Shown here: positions 9,636 through 19,858 of the stretch, piece after piece | Layout of the letters: each line of letters opens with the position of its first letter | Position numbering within the stretch: position 1 is the first letter of the stretch | DNA from: Terrimicrobiaceae bacterium | GTDB taxonomy: Bacteria > Verrucomicrobiota > Verrucomicrobiia > Chthoniobacterales > Terrimicrobiaceae | DNA length: 64,000 nucleotides | Direction: 5' to 3' | Assembly: GCA_041752695.1 (NCBI GenBank) | Contig: JBGSVZ010000062.1 | Location: forward strand, 32,001 to 96,000 | Notes under the pieces: model-generated | Database searches by the model: none | Told to the model about the DNA's origin: nothing | The model's input: the letters and a program-made list of their open reading frames with translations, nothing else | Position numbers and translations under genes: made by a program

Positions 9636-11561
9636 CTATTTGGGGACCGGCGGGGGATACATCTCGGTGATGAGATGGGTGTTTTCGTCGGTGACAACGT
9701 GGCGCTTGAGTTTGAAGGTGGCGGTGAGTTCGGTGCCGACCTCAAATGGCTTGGAAAGAAACCGGAAGTCGGCGATTCGCTCGAAACTTTTGAAGCCATT
9801 TTCCGCGCTCACGATCCGGCGGATTTCGGCGTCGAGCAATTCCCGAGCCTTGGGATTGGCGGCAAGTTCCATGGTGTTGGCGGCCTGGACGCCCGCGGCG
9901 CGGAAACCGTCCATCGCGGGAACAATGAGGGCACCGAGATGTTTCTGGTCCTGGCCGACCACCATGCAGTGGTCGATGAGCGGCGAATGCACCAGGCAGC
10001 TTTCGATCGGGGTGGGTTCGACGTTTTCCCCGTTGAGCAGCACGATGGTATCCTTCGAACGGCCCAGAATCTTCAGACAATCGTTGAAGGTCACCATCCC
10101 AATATCCCCGGTGTTGAACCACCCGTCCCGCAGCACGCGCGAGGTGGTCTCGGGATCTTTGTAATATCCGCGCATGATCTGGGGGCCGCGCGCGTGGATC
10201 TCGCCCCGCCGTCCGCGGCCTTTGTCGCGCCGGGAGTGGTCGGGATAGAGCACCTGGCCGGTATTCAAATCGACGATGCGGATCTGGGTTTCCGGGTAAA
10301 GCGGACCGACGGTCCCGATGACCAGATTTTTCCAGGTGCGAACGGCCAGCACGGGAGAGGTTTCCGTGAGCCCATATCCTTCCAGCACCGGGATGCCGAT
10401 GAAGTTGAAAAACTCATCCACGTGGGGCTGCAGCGCGCCGCCGCCGGAGATCGTGCCGCGGAAATCCCCGCAGCCAACGGCTTCGCGGAGTTTTGTAAGA
10501 ACGATGACATCGAGGATGCGGTGGGGGATGAAAAACAAGATCCACCTCGCCAGATGCGCGACGCCGCGGGACACATTTTCCGCCAGGCCTCGGCCTACGA
10601 GGTCGAGTTCCTGGCCGACGAAAAACCGCTCGGCGCGTTTCACGTGCGAGGTGCTGGCGCGGGCGGCGCGAAAGAGGGCGCGGCGGAACGGCGATGCCTT
10701 TTCGATGCGATCCATCAGCTTCTGGTAGAGATTCTCCCAGAGCCTCGGTGCGGAGGCCATCATGGTCGGACGAACCGTCTTCAGGTCCTCGCCGATATGG
10801 CGGATGCTGGTGTAATAACAACAGGCTCCCATGCCGATCGCCACCATTTCGAAGACCCGTTCGTAGCTGTGCCAGACCGGCAGGATGGAAAGCGTGCGAT
10901 CGCCCGGTAGAAGATCGAAGGGCAGGTTGCGAATCTGCGAAGCCATATTGGCGTGGGTGAGTTGCACGCCCTTGGGGGTTCCTGTGGTACCCGAGGTATA
11001 GATGATGGTGAAAAGATCGTCAGGTTTCACGCCATCGGCACGTTCCTCCGCCCGGCGGTCGCCTTCCGCCCGCCGCTTCGCCCCAAGAGCGATCACCTCG
11101 TCCAGCTTCCGCACGCCTGCCGGGGCCGTCGCCTTCGGATCCATCAGGATGATCGTTTCCACGCGTGGCACGTCAGCGCGAACGCTGTCGAATTTGGCCA
11201 GCATCGCGGCATTTTCCAGAAACACAAAACGCACGTCCGCGTGGTTGAGAATGTAGGTGATTTCCGCGCCGGTAACGTCCGTTCCGCGCGGCACGTCGGC
11301 GCATCCGGCAAGCTGCACGCCGGCGTCGCAAAGGATCCACTCCAGGCGATTGTCCGCCAGGAGTCCGACGTGTTCGCGGGCGTTGAGTCCGAGTTCGATC
11401 AGCCCTGTGGCCAGTGCCAGGCCGCGGTCGTAAAGCTCTTGATAAGTGATGGCCTGATATTTGCCGCCGATGTCTTTGGCGGCGAAGGAAGGCAGTTCGC
11501 CGAACTCCGCCGCGGCGGCCCGATACAACCCGGCCAGGGTTTCAACATTAAGGCGTGCCAT
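9636..11561 (-). CDS. Long-chain acyl-CoA/acyl-ACP synthetase (AMP-forming)
   Basis: IIYTSGTTGTPKGV, ILPVWHSYER, EGYGLTETSP, WFNTGDIG, GRSKDTIVLLNGENVEP. Confidence 0.93.
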   Translation of the reverse strand: MARLNVETLAGLYRAAAAEFGELPSFAAKDIGGKYQAITYQELYDRGLALATGLIELGLNAREHVGLLADNRLEWILCDAGVQLAGCADVPRGTDVTGAEITYILNHADVRFVFLENAAMLAKFDSVRADVPRVETIILMDPKATAPAGVRKLDEVIALGAKRRAEGDRRAEERADGVKPDDLFTIIYTSGTTGTPKGVQLTHANMASQIRNLPFDLLPGDRTLSILPVWHSYERVFEMVAIGMGACCYYTSIRHIGEDLKTVRPTMMASAPRLWENLYQKLMDRIEKASPFRRALFRAARASTSHVKRAERFFVGQELDLVGRGLAENVSRGVAHLARWILFFIPHRILDVIVLTKLREAVGCGDFRGTISGGGALQPHVDEFFNFIGIPVLEGYGLTETSPVLAVRTWKNLVIGTVGPLYPETQIRIVDLNTGQVLYPDHSRRDKGRGRRGEIHARGPQIMRGYYKDPETTSRVLRDGWFNTGDIGMVTFNDCLKILGRSKDTIVLLNGENVEPTPIESCLVHSPLIDHCMVVGQDQKHLGALIVPAMDGFRAAGVQAANTMELAANPKARELLDAEIRRIVSAENGFKSFERIADFRFLSKPFEVGTELTATFKLKRHVVTDENTHLITEMYPPPVPK

Positions 11562-11570
11562 GAAAAAAAC

Positions 11571-11822
11571 TCAGCGGCGGGTGGGAGGCTGGGGCGGGGG
11601 ATTGCCGGACTCGCGGAAGACAATCCGCGCCTTGGTCAGGTCGTAGGGCGAGATTTCCACCGTCACACTGTCACCGGGGACGATGCGGATGAAATTTTTG
11701 CGCATCTTGCCGGAGATATGCGCCAGCATCACGTGGCCGTTCGCGAGTTTGACCCGGAACATTGTTCCAGGCAACACATCGACCACCACACCTTCAGCGG
11801 AAATGTATTCGTCTTTTGCCAC
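11571..11822 (-). CDS. infA: Translation initiation factor IF-1
   Basis: [21 protein letters not shown]...[14 protein letters not shown]...[12 protein letters not shown]; Pro-rich C-terminal extension. Confidence 0.97.
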   Translation of the reverse strand: MAKDEYISAEGVVVDVLPGTMFRVKLANGHVMLAHISGKMRKNFIRIVPGDSVTVEISPYDLTKARIVFRESGNPPPQPPTRR

Positions 11823-11837
11823 AGGGGTGCTTCGTCT

Positions 11838-12914
11838 CTAGCGGAAGTTCGGTTCGAAATCAACCCAGCGCACAAGGGGGGCGAGAGTTTGTTTTCCCTC
11901 CTGGTGCCAGGTCAGGGGCGGGGCCTGCATCTGACCGACCGGACAGATGCGCGAGGGGTGCAGCGCGGCGACCGTTTCGGCCCCCTCTGGCGTGGCTGGC
12001 CAGATGCCCACTGCGGCCAGCCAGGTCTGGGCGGGACCCAAGGAAGCCTTCAGGTCATCTGGGAGTGGTTTGACAAAAACCACCCGATTCAGGCAGGAGG
12101 CCGCGAACCAGGGGTCGTTCTCGAAGATGACTGTCCAGGCCGACGAACCCGCACTTTCCCAGATCGCCACGCGGGGATCACTGGCGGCGCGGAACCGATA
12201 GTTGGCGCGAACGTCGGAGATCTCGGCGACTTCCCGGGTTGTCACCGGCCCGCGGGGATCGCGCGCCTCGTAGCGCTGCATTTCCTCCGCCAGCCTGGCG
12301 GCGAAAGCGCGTGCGTCCCCCGCGACATAAACATCGTGCGGGGACAGGCAGCCTTTTTGATTAAACTGTGAAACATCCTGCGCCACCGCCGCCACAACCT
12401 CCTGCGGGGCCGCTGCGAAAATCGCGCAAAAACTCACCCGATGCGGGTGGGCTTCAAAGATCACGCCGGACCGGACGCGTTTGCGAAAATGGGCGACGGT
12501 TTCGTCGGAGCCGAAAACCACCACGGCGCCGGCTTCCCGCAGCCAGTCATCCCGCAGATGCGATTCGACGACGACCCGATCCCGAAGCGCGGCCGGTAGG
12601 CGGGCCAGGAAATCGCCGACCTCCGGCAGTCCCTCCGCGGGGATTTTTACCAGATTGCGCGCGCCGAGCAGGAGTCCGCGCATAAGGCTCTGCAAGGCGG
12701 CGTGGGGGGTGTTGCCGCTGACGATGTGCAAAATCGGCTGCACTGGGAGGGCGCGCGAAAAATGCGCTCCGTAGGGACGGAAGCCGTCGAGAATTTCGGC
12801 ATGTCCCAATTCCAGGCGGACCACCTCGAGCAGGTCCTCCATGGACACCGGACCGAGCAGCGGAAAATATCCCGCCGCCTCCGCCAGCGCGCTCGCCCGT
12901 TCGGCGGTGTTCAT
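11838..12914 (-). CDS. LuxC-like acyl-CoA reductase
   Basis: LHIVSGNTP, VVVFGSDETV, FNQKGCLSPH, RICPVGQMQAPPLTWHQEG...LVRWVD. Confidence 0.85.
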   Translation of the reverse strand: MNTAERASALAEAAGYFPLLGPVSMEDLLEVVRLELGHAEILDGFRPYGAHFSRALPVQPILHIVSGNTPHAALQSLMRGLLLGARNLVKIPAEGLPEVGDFLARLPAALRDRVVVESHLRDDWLREAGAVVVFGSDETVAHFRKRVRSGVIFEAHPHRVSFCAIFAAAPQEVVAAVAQDVSQFNQKGCLSPHDVYVAGDARAFAARLAEEMQRYEARDPRGPVTTREVAEISDVRANYRFRAASDPRVAIWESAGSSAWTVIFENDPWFAASCLNRVVFVKPLPDDLKASLGPAQTWLAAVGIWPATPEGAETVAALHPSRICPVGQMQAPPLTWHQEGKQTLAPLVRWVDFEPNFR

Positions 12915-12918
12915 GAAT

Positions 12919-12973
12919 GTTGGAGTCCAGCCTTTAGGCTGCTCGCAGGACACGCTAAAGCGTGGACTCCAAC
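12919..12973. repeat. REPIN-like inverted repeat pair (GTTGGAGTCCA family), copy 1
   Basis: GTTGGAGTCCAGCCTTTAGGCTG ... CACGCTAAAGCGTGGACTCCAAC; each arm has its own small hairpin; second copy at 60328-60397. Confidence 0.8.
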
Positions 12974-13007
12974 GGTTCCTCGGCGGATCATCGTCTCGTC
13001 GTCACAC

Positions 13008-13907
13008 TCACCCCGCGCAGAGCATCGCCGCGCCAAAGACGCCTGCGCTGTCGCCCAAGGTGGGTTTGAGGAGCCTGGTCCGGACCTCGCTGTTGAAAGT
13101 GTGCGGCAACACGGCCTCGCGCGTGGCCTCTTCGTAAAGCAGATCAATATTTCCCACCCCTCCGCCAATCACGATGGCGTGCGGATCGAGGATGTTGAGG
13201 ACGACGGCAATGGCCTCGCCGAATTTTTCTCGAAGCCGTTCGAGCGTGGCAACAGCCGCCGCTTCGCCCGCTGCAGCTCGCGCGGCAATCTCCGGCAGCC
13301 GGAGCGTCTCTCCGGTTTGTTCGCGATAAAATCTTTCCAGCGACGGGCCGGCAAAAACGGTTTCGATACAGCCCTGGCGTCCGCAATAGCAGGGGGATGT
13401 TTCGCCGCGAAGGGGGTTGTGTCCCCACTCGCCGGCGATGCCGTGCAGGCCTTCGAGCAGGCTACCATTCACCACCACGCCGCCGCCGACGCCGGTTCCC
13501 AAAATCAGCCCCATCACCACCGCTTCACCACGCGCCGCGCCGAGGGTGGCTTCCGCGAGGGCAAAACAATTCGCGTCGTTCGCCAGGCGCGTCTCCACGC
13601 CTAGAAGCTCTGTGAGATCCGTCCGCAAAGGGCGGCCATTTAAACAGACGGTGTTCGAGTTTTTCAGGGCTCCCGTGGAAGGCTCAGTGGCTCCCGGTGT
13701 GCCGATGCCAATCTTATCCGGCCGCTTTGTCCCGGAGACGTCCTCCAACTGGCGGACGACCGAGGCGATCTGGCTCAAGACATGGTCGTAGCCCCGGGCA
13801 CTTTCTGTTGGAACACGCAGGCGATGAACCGCCCTGTCCGGCCGCTCCGGATCGAGGATGGCTCCCTCGATTTTCGTTCCGCCGAGGTCAATGCCCCAGA
13901 GGTGCAT
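13008..13907 (-). CDS. ROK family sugar kinase (Mak/fructokinase-like)
   Basis: GIDLGGTKIE, ANDANCFALAE, ILGTGVGGG, GEWGH, CYCGRQGCIE. Confidence 0.92.
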   Translation of the reverse strand: MHLWGIDLGGTKIEGAILDPERPDRAVHRLRVPTESARGYDHVLSQIASVVRQLEDVSGTKRPDKIGIGTPGATEPSTGALKNSNTVCLNGRPLRTDLTELLGVETRLANDANCFALAEATLGAARGEAVVMGLILGTGVGGGVVVNGSLLEGLHGIAGEWGHNPLRGETSPCYCGRQGCIETVFAGPSLERFYREQTGETLRLPEIAARAAAGEAAAVATLERLREKFGEAIAVVLNILDPHAIVIGGGVGNIDLLYEEATREAVLPHTFNSEVRTRLLKPTLGDSAGVFGAAMLCAG

Positions 13908-15004
13908 CAGACCGACACGCGCATCGGCATGATGACGTAGAGGAAGGGCGTGTTGATCTTCAGCACGCCTGGGCTCATCTCGTCGATCAGCTCGATATGG
14001 ACCTCGTCGTTGGTGAGGTTGCGGAGCGGGTCCATCAAAAATTCCGGATTGAAGGCAATCGAGATGTCCCGGCCGCGATAGGCCACGGCAATCGCTTCGC
14101 GCGCTTCGCCGACTTCGGGCGTGTTTGCGGTGATATCGAGATTGTTCTTTGAAAAATTCAGGCGGACCGAACTGGTCTTGTCGCTGCTGAGCAAAGCCAC
14201 GCGTTTGACGCTGGTGAGAAACGCTTCGCGTTCGAGCGTGATCCGTTCCTTGGCCTCGCCCGGAATCACCTGACGGTAATTCGGGTAGTTGCCTTCCACG
14301 AGCTTGGAAACCAGCTGCGCGCCGTTCAGTTCAAAGGAAACGAGATTTTCCGCGACGGAAATCTGCACTTCCCCGTCGTCCGTGAGCAAACGCTGGAGTT
14401 CGGTGACGGCTTTCGTCGGCACAATAAAATCGCGTTCGTGGCTGCGCGGGAATTCGATGTCGCAATCGAAGAGCGCCAGGCGGCGGCCGTCCGTCGCGAC
14501 GAGGGTGAGTTTGTTTTCCTTGAAGGAAAAAAGAATGCCGTTGAGGACGTACCTCGTCTCATCGACGGAGATGCCGTAGGAGGTCTTGCGCAGGCCATCC
14601 TTCAACTCGGACTGCTTGAGCGTGTAGGTCTTGGCTTCCTTGAACGAAGGGAAGGCAGGGAACTCATCCTTGGCCAGGCCGTAGATTTTGAAATAGCTGG
14701 AGCCGCAGCGCAAAGTCGCTGCGTTCTTGGCGTCGGCCTCGAGCGTGATCTCGGAAGCAGGGAGCTCGCGCACGATGGCGGCGAGGCGTCGGGCCGGCAG
14801 CGTCGTCGCTCCGGGCTTTTCCACCTGCGCCGAAATCTCGCAGCGGATGGCCACTTCAAGATCGGTGGTGGTGAGACGCAGACCGGTCTCGGTCGTTTCG
14901 AGCAGGGCATTGGTCAGCACGGGTAATGTCGAGCGCGTGCTGACGACATTTTGAATGCGTTGCAAGCCGTCGAGGAGAGCTTCTTTGGTGACAGCGAACT
15001 TCAT
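13907..15004 (-). CDS. dnaN: DNA polymerase III beta clamp
   Basis: TTDLEVAI, DETRYVLNG, VATDGRRLA, GNYPNYRQVIP, IAFNPEFL, YVIMPMR. Confidence 0.98.
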   Translation of the reverse strand: MKFAVTKEALLDGLQRIQNVVSTRSTLPVLTNALLETTETGLRLTTTDLEVAIRCEISAQVEKPGATTLPARRLAAIVRELPASEITLEADAKNAATLRCGSSYFKIYGLAKDEFPAFPSFKEAKTYTLKQSELKDGLRKTSYGISVDETRYVLNGILFSFKENKLTLVATDGRRLALFDCDIEFPRSHERDFIVPTKAVTELQRLLTDDGEVQISVAENLVSFELNGAQLVSKLVEGNYPNYRQVIPGEAKERITLEREAFLTSVKRVALLSSDKTSSVRLNFSKNNLDITANTPEVGEAREAIAVAYRGRDISIAFNPEFLMDPLRNLTNDEVHIELIDEMSPGVLKINTPFLYVIMPMRVSV

Positions 15005-15025
15005 GATCGGAATGGGAAAGACTGT

Positions 15026-15054
15026 GATTTATTGACCGCGCCGTGGGAAGTCAA
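15026..15054 (-). promoter_or_regulatory. sigma70-like promoter of dnaN
   Basis: TTGACT-17 bp-TAAATC on the minus strand. Confidence 0.55.
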
Positions 15055-15157
15055 CTACTCGCTGCGCGAGAGTGAAAGGGCCGGGTGAAAGGTGTAAGGG
15101 GGTTGCAATGTCCCGCACGTCTCCCTCGGCCCTAGGCCCCAGGCTCTTTCCCTCGCG

Positions 15158-16531
15158 CTAGCGCTGTAACTGACTGTCGAGCATGCGGACGGCGTGGCGG
15201 GTTTTTTCGTCCTCGTCGATCTTCCGTTTCACCAGCTTGCAGGCGTGGATGACGGTGCCGTGATCTTTGCCGCCGAAGGAATCGCCAATGTCACTGAGCG
15301 AGGAATTGGTGAGCTCGCGGGCCAGGTACATCGCAATCTGGCGCGGGAAGGCAATGTTGGCCGGGCGGCGTTTGCTGGTCATGTCCGCGAGCCGCACGTC
15401 GAAATGTTCGGCGACGCGGCGCTGGATCTGCTCGATGGTCACGGCGCGGCGGGCCTGTTCCTGGAAAATGTCGCGCAGCAGGTTCTCGATGACCTCGCGG
15501 GTGATCTCGCGATCGCTCAGCGATTTGTAGGACGCCACACGCATCAACGCGCCTTCCAGGCGGCGGACGTTGTTGCGAATGCGGTCGGCCAGAAACTCAA
15601 TCACCCACGCATCGAGTGCGATGTTCAGCGACTCGGCTTTTTTCTTCAGAATCGCGATGCGGGTCTCGACATCCGGGGGTTGCAACTCGGCGGTCATGCC
15701 CCATTCGAATCGGGAGACCAGACGTTGTTCGAGTTTTTCAATTTCACTGGCGGGACGGTCACTGGAGAGAACGATCTGCTTGTGGCCGTCGTGGAGCGTA
15801 TTGAACGTGTGGAAAAATTCCTCCTGCGAACGTTCCTTGCCGGCGAGGAACTGGATGTCGTCGATCATCAAAACATCCGCGGAACGGTATTTTTTGCGGA
15901 ACTTCACCAGCGTGCCGTGCTGGATCGCGTCGATAAATTCGTTGGTGAACTGTTCGCTCGAAAGATAAACAACCTTGGCCGTTTTCGAGGCTCCGAGCAC
16001 GTGATGGCCGATCGCCTGGAGCAGGTGGGTCTTGCCGAGTCCACTGCCGCCATACACAAAAAACGGATTGTAGGTTTTGGCCGGAGACTTCGCCACCGCG
16101 ATGGCCGCGCCATGGGCAAACTGGCTGTTCGAGCCCACCACGAACGTGTCGAAAGTATTGCGAGGATTCATCCCCGTCGCCGCGGCGGCCGCGACCGGCG
16201 AGAGCATCTTTTCCCGGGCCCCGTTTTTGGCCGCTTCCGCGGCCGGTTGGACCGCGGGTTTGGTAAGGACGGTTTCCTCCGCACCAGGCGCGACGAACTG
16301 AATCTTGCGTGGACTGCCGAGCACCTCGGAAGCCGAATCCTGCACCAGGGGCAGGTAGTTGCTCTCGATGAAAAATTGATGGATCGGATTGGGCACGCTG
16401 AGGACGAGTTTTGCGCCGTCGTCGTTGACCACATTGACACCCTGAAACCACCGCTCAAAACCATCCGCGCTAATGCGCTGACGAATGACCTCGGACAACG
16501 AGGACCAGATCTGTCCGCAATTCAAAGTCAT
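15158..16531 (-). CDS. dnaA: Chromosomal replication initiator DnaA
   Basis: NTFDTFVVGSNS, YNPFFVYGGSGLGKTHLL, DDIQFLAGKERSQEEFFHTFN, RQIAMYL, GKDHGTVIHA. Confidence 0.99.
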   Translation of the reverse strand: MTLNCGQIWSSLSEVIRQRISADGFERWFQGVNVVNDDGAKLVLSVPNPIHQFFIESNYLPLVQDSASEVLGSPRKIQFVAPGAEETVLTKPAVQPAAEAAKNGAREKMLSPVAAAAATGMNPRNTFDTFVVGSNSQFAHGAAIAVAKSPAKTYNPFFVYGGSGLGKTHLLQAIGHHVLGASKTAKVVYLSSEQFTNEFIDAIQHGTLVKFRKKYRSADVLMIDDIQFLAGKERSQEEFFHTFNTLHDGHKQIVLSSDRPASEIEKLEQRLVSRFEWGMTAELQPPDVETRIAILKKKAESLNIALDAWVIEFLADRIRNNVRRLEGALMRVASYKSLSDREITREVIENLLRDIFQEQARRAVTIEQIQRRVAEHFDVRLADMTSKRRPANIAFPRQIAMYLARELTNSSLSDIGDSFGGKDHGTVIHACKLVKRKIDEDEKTRHAVRMLDSQLQR

Positions 16532-16954
16532 AGAGAGTTATGCACGTGTTTCCGGTTGCTCAAAGCGGACCAAAACAACCGGGTCAACACAGCTCGAGTG
16601 TTCGGCAGGAAAGCGAAGTCGGCCCGAAATGCCAAGCTCTTTTCCGATTGGAGATTGAGAATATTCATCAAAAGTGGTTGAAAATCAGTGGCTTGTAAAA
16701 GTTATCAGCAACGGTGATCCTAGGTGGCTCCTTGGAGAACGGATTGCCTCCCGATACTTCGCAGGGAGGGGCAAAGGTCGGCGAGTTCAGGGGTGTTGGA
16801 CATCTTCACAAGTTATTCACACGAGCTGCACCCTTAGGTGCCGCAAGCGGCGTGAGAATAGAAATCGGGGGGCCTTTCGCTCAAGCAAAAATGGCGAAAA
16901 CGTCACAAGTAAATTTGCTCGGGAAACGGCAAATTTTCTTGACCATGCCCGGAA
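16532..16954. other. Putative oriC / dnaA regulatory region
   Basis: Non-coding region upstream of dnaA with a perfect DnaA box TTATTCACA (16813-16821), near-boxes TTATGCACG (16538-16546) and ATCTTCACA (16802-16810), and IHF-like AATCAGTGGCTTG (16683-16695). Genes are mostly minus-strand at 4.7-23.8 kb and mostly plus-strand after 24.4 kb. Confidence 0.65.
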
Positions 16955-18586
16955 TCAAGACGGCGTCTTGGTCTTCGCCAAAAGCGCGGGATTGGTGGGA
17001 AAAAGGATGGCGACTCCGAAAGTCACGCAGCAACCAATAAAGACGTAATACGGCCAGGCGATGGCCGGCCACCACTCCGGCATGAACACTCCGAAGTTCC
17101 ACTCCGCGGGTTTCACCTGAAGGGTGAAAAGTGCGGCGAGATCGATGGCGGGAATCTTCACTTTTCCGAGGAGGAGAACGGCCAGCACGCCCAGCAGCAT
17201 GCCGGCCACATTGGCGACATCGTGGCCGCGGGTTTTGGTCAGCACGCCGAGCAGAAAGACACCAAGCAGCGAGCCGTACCCGTACCCCAGCACGCCGAGG
17301 GCGAGGGGAATGATCGTGATGTCCGTTTTCAGCACGGTGTAGGCGGCGCCGGTGGCGACGAGGATCATGAGAAAACCAAACACCGCGGTGGCAATGCGGG
17401 CCGCGCGAACCGCCTGTTTGTCGGTCGAGTTTTGGTTAAAATACGGTTGGTAAAAATCGCGGATGAAGGAGGTGGCCAGCGCATTAAGCGCGGCCGAGGT
17501 CGAGCCCATCATGGTGGCAAAGACGCCGGCAATGATCAGTCCGCGAATGCCCACCGGCATGGCATGGACGATGTAGTGGGCAAAAATTTCATTGGTTGCC
17601 GTGGGCAGCAGGGGATCCGGTTTTACCTGATAATAGACCCAGAGGAGGATGCCCACCGCGAGGAAGGCGAGCACGATGGGAATGTCCGCAAAGCCGCTGA
17701 GGATGAGGCTGAATCGGGACTTGGCCGGATTTTCCGCCGTCAACATGCGCTGCACCATGTCCTGGTCGGTGCCGTGGGTCGCCATGGTGAGAAAGGTCGA
17801 ACCAAGGATCGCCGCCAGAATGGTGTAGGGACTCTCCAGCATTTGCGTGAGCGCCTCGCCGAAGGGCTTGGCCGCGTCCCAACCGGTTCGGAACATGCTG
17901 GTGTCCTGATCGGCGAGTTTTTGCGAGATGGTTTCCCAGCCGCCGGGGATGTGGAAAAAAATGGTGAGCACGGCAAAGGCGGCGGCGCCGAGCATGAGGC
18001 AGGCCTGGATCAGGTCGGTCCAGACCACGGCCTTGATCCCGCCGATGGCGGTGTAAAACGTGGTGACCACCGTGACAAAAACAATGCCCCAGAAATACGT
18101 CCAGATGGTGATGGGCTCCCCGGGAAAAAGAAACCGCCAGATCACGACCAGGATGACCCCGCCAAGATAAAGACGCACGCCGATGCCGAGGACGCGTCCG
18201 ACCAGAAAGATGCCGCTAGCCATGTCCTTCGTGCGCGGACCGAACCGCACCGTCAGGAACTCGTAGATGCTCTGCACCTTGTGCAGGAAGTAGGGCGCGA
18301 TGAAAAGGTAGGCGATGACCACCCGGGCAATGATGGTGCCGATGGCCAACTGGGCGTAGGAAAACCCCCGCGTCTTGTAACCCTCGGCCGGTGTGCCCAG
18401 GAAGGTGGCCGCGCTGGTTTCCGCCGCGATGATCGAGGCGAGCACGGCCCACCAGGGGATCGAGTGGCCCCCGAGGGAGAATTCCTGGAGGCTTTTATTG
18501 TTGCGCCCGGCGTACAGCCCGATGCCGACAATGACGACGAAATAGACGAGAATAACCGCCCCATCGACCCAGAGCGCAAAATTCAT
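16955..18586 (-). CDS. Sodium:solute symporter (SSS family)
   Basis: IPWWAVLASIIAAETSAATFLGTP, YTAIGGIKAVVWTDLIQ, HGTDQDMVQRML; ~13 TM segments. Confidence 0.93.
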   Translation of the reverse strand: MNFALWVDGAVILVYFVVIVGIGLYAGRNNKSLQEFSLGGHSIPWWAVLASIIAAETSAATFLGTPAEGYKTRGFSYAQLAIGTIIARVVIAYLFIAPYFLHKVQSIYEFLTVRFGPRTKDMASGIFLVGRVLGIGVRLYLGGVILVVIWRFLFPGEPITIWTYFWGIVFVTVVTTFYTAIGGIKAVVWTDLIQACLMLGAAAFAVLTIFFHIPGGWETISQKLADQDTSMFRTGWDAAKPFGEALTQMLESPYTILAAILGSTFLTMATHGTDQDMVQRMLTAENPAKSRFSLILSGFADIPIVLAFLAVGILLWVYYQVKPDPLLPTATNEIFAHYIVHAMPVGIRGLIIAGVFATMMGSTSAALNALATSFIRDFYQPYFNQNSTDKQAVRAARIATAVFGFLMILVATGAAYTVLKTDITIIPLALGVLGYGYGSLLGVFLLGVLTKTRGHDVANVAGMLLGVLAVLLLGKVKIPAIDLAALFTLQVKPAEWNFGVFMPEWWPAIAWPYYVFIGCCVTFGVAILFPTNPALLAKTKTPS

Positions 18587-19851
18587 GACGAGAGGGTCTT
18601 GAGCAAAATTTTCGAATTGCGCCCGCTCGCTTCATACTTGGCGCGCCGGGAGGCCGGAAGCACCTCCGCCTGGGCCTCGGTGAATCCGCCTTTTTGCTGG
18701 AGATAGTTGAAGGCCTGGGTCGAGAGCGCGAACAGCTTCTTCAGGCCCTTCTCCTTCGCCAGATTGAGGACAAACGCCATCAGCTTGCGGCCGTGGCCCT
18801 GGTTCTCGTGAAGTTTGCTCACATAAAGGCAGGCCAGTTCGCCCGAGGAGTCCTCGGGATAGACATGCAGGGCCACGCAGGCCACGGGAGTGCGGTCGAT
18901 TTCCAGCAGCCAGTAGTCTTCGAGCTGATCGAGGATCTCCGCCCGGGTCCGCCGGACCAATTCCTCGCTGCGCACGGACTGGCGGATGAGCGACATGACC
19001 GCCCGGACATCCTTTTTGAAGATGCGCCGGATCTGCTGGTATTCGTTTGAATAAATCATCGTGCCGAAACCTTCGTGGCTGAAGATTTCGGTGAGCAGGG
19101 CCTCGTTCACCCCGCCGTCCAGAATGTGGACCCGCGGCACACCTTGCACGCAGGCGCGGGCGGCGCAGGCCAGCTTCGACGCCACTCCTGGTGCGAGGTC
19201 GTTGGGACGTTTTTTGAGAATCTCCTGGGTCTCGGGCACGGACATCTGCCGCGCCAGGCCGGAGGGTCCGGGTGCGAGGTAAATAATTTTCGCGGCGGAA
19301 AGTTCCTCCGCCACCTCGACCGCAGCGGCATCGGAATTCACCCGATACGTCCGACCCTCGCCATCAAAGCCGAGGGGAGGGATCACCGGGACGATGCCCT
19401 CGTCGAGCAAGAGGCGCAGCGCCTTGGCGTCCACCCGCTCGACCCGGCCGGTGTATTGATAGTCCAGGCCGCCCAGGATCCCCGCCGGGTGGGCAATGAT
19501 GGCGTTGATATAAGCCGCCCGCAGGTCCACCGCAGAAAGGCCCTCCATGATCTGGTTGGTCAGGCGGATCGCCGCGTTGATGCTCACATCCAGCGTCCGG
19601 TCGTCCGTGATCCCGGTGCCGTCCGAATTCGTGATCTCAATCTTGCGCTCCTTGGCAATCTGCAAAATCTGGTGACTGGCCCCGTGGACAATCACCACTT
19701 TGACGCTCAACGACCGCAGAACCGCGAGGTCGATCAGGACGTTGGGAAAGTTGTCCGAGGCCGCGACCTCGCCATCAATCGCAACCACAAAAACGCGCTC
19801 CCGGAAGCGGGGCACGTATTGCAGGATTTCGCGAAGATCGGAGACGTTCAC
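18583..19851 (-). CDS. argA: Amino-acid N-acetyltransferase (N-acetylglutamate synthase)
   Basis: AAK domain (YVPRFRERVFVVAIDG, VIVHGA, GVPRVHILDG) plus C-terminal GNAT (ELACLYV, YEASGRNSKIL). Confidence 0.92.
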   Translation of the reverse strand: MNVSDLREILQYVPRFRERVFVVAIDGEVAASDNFPNVLIDLAVLRSLSVKVVIVHGASHQILQIAKERKIEITNSDGTGITDDRTLDVSINAAIRLTNQIMEGLSAVDLRAAYINAIIAHPAGILGGLDYQYTGRVERVDAKALRLLLDEGIVPVIPPLGFDGEGRTYRVNSDAAAVEVAEELSAAKIIYLAPGPSGLARQMSVPETQEILKKRPNDLAPGVASKLACAARACVQGVPRVHILDGGVNEALLTEIFSHEGFGTMIYSNEYQQIRRIFKKDVRAVMSLIRQSVRSEELVRRTRAEILDQLEDYWLLEIDRTPVACVALHVYPEDSSGELACLYVSKLHENQGHGRKLMAFVLNLAKEKGLKKLFALSTQAFNYLQQKGGFTEAQAEVLPASRRAKYEASGRNSKILLKTLSS

Positions 19852-19858
19852 AGTGGGC

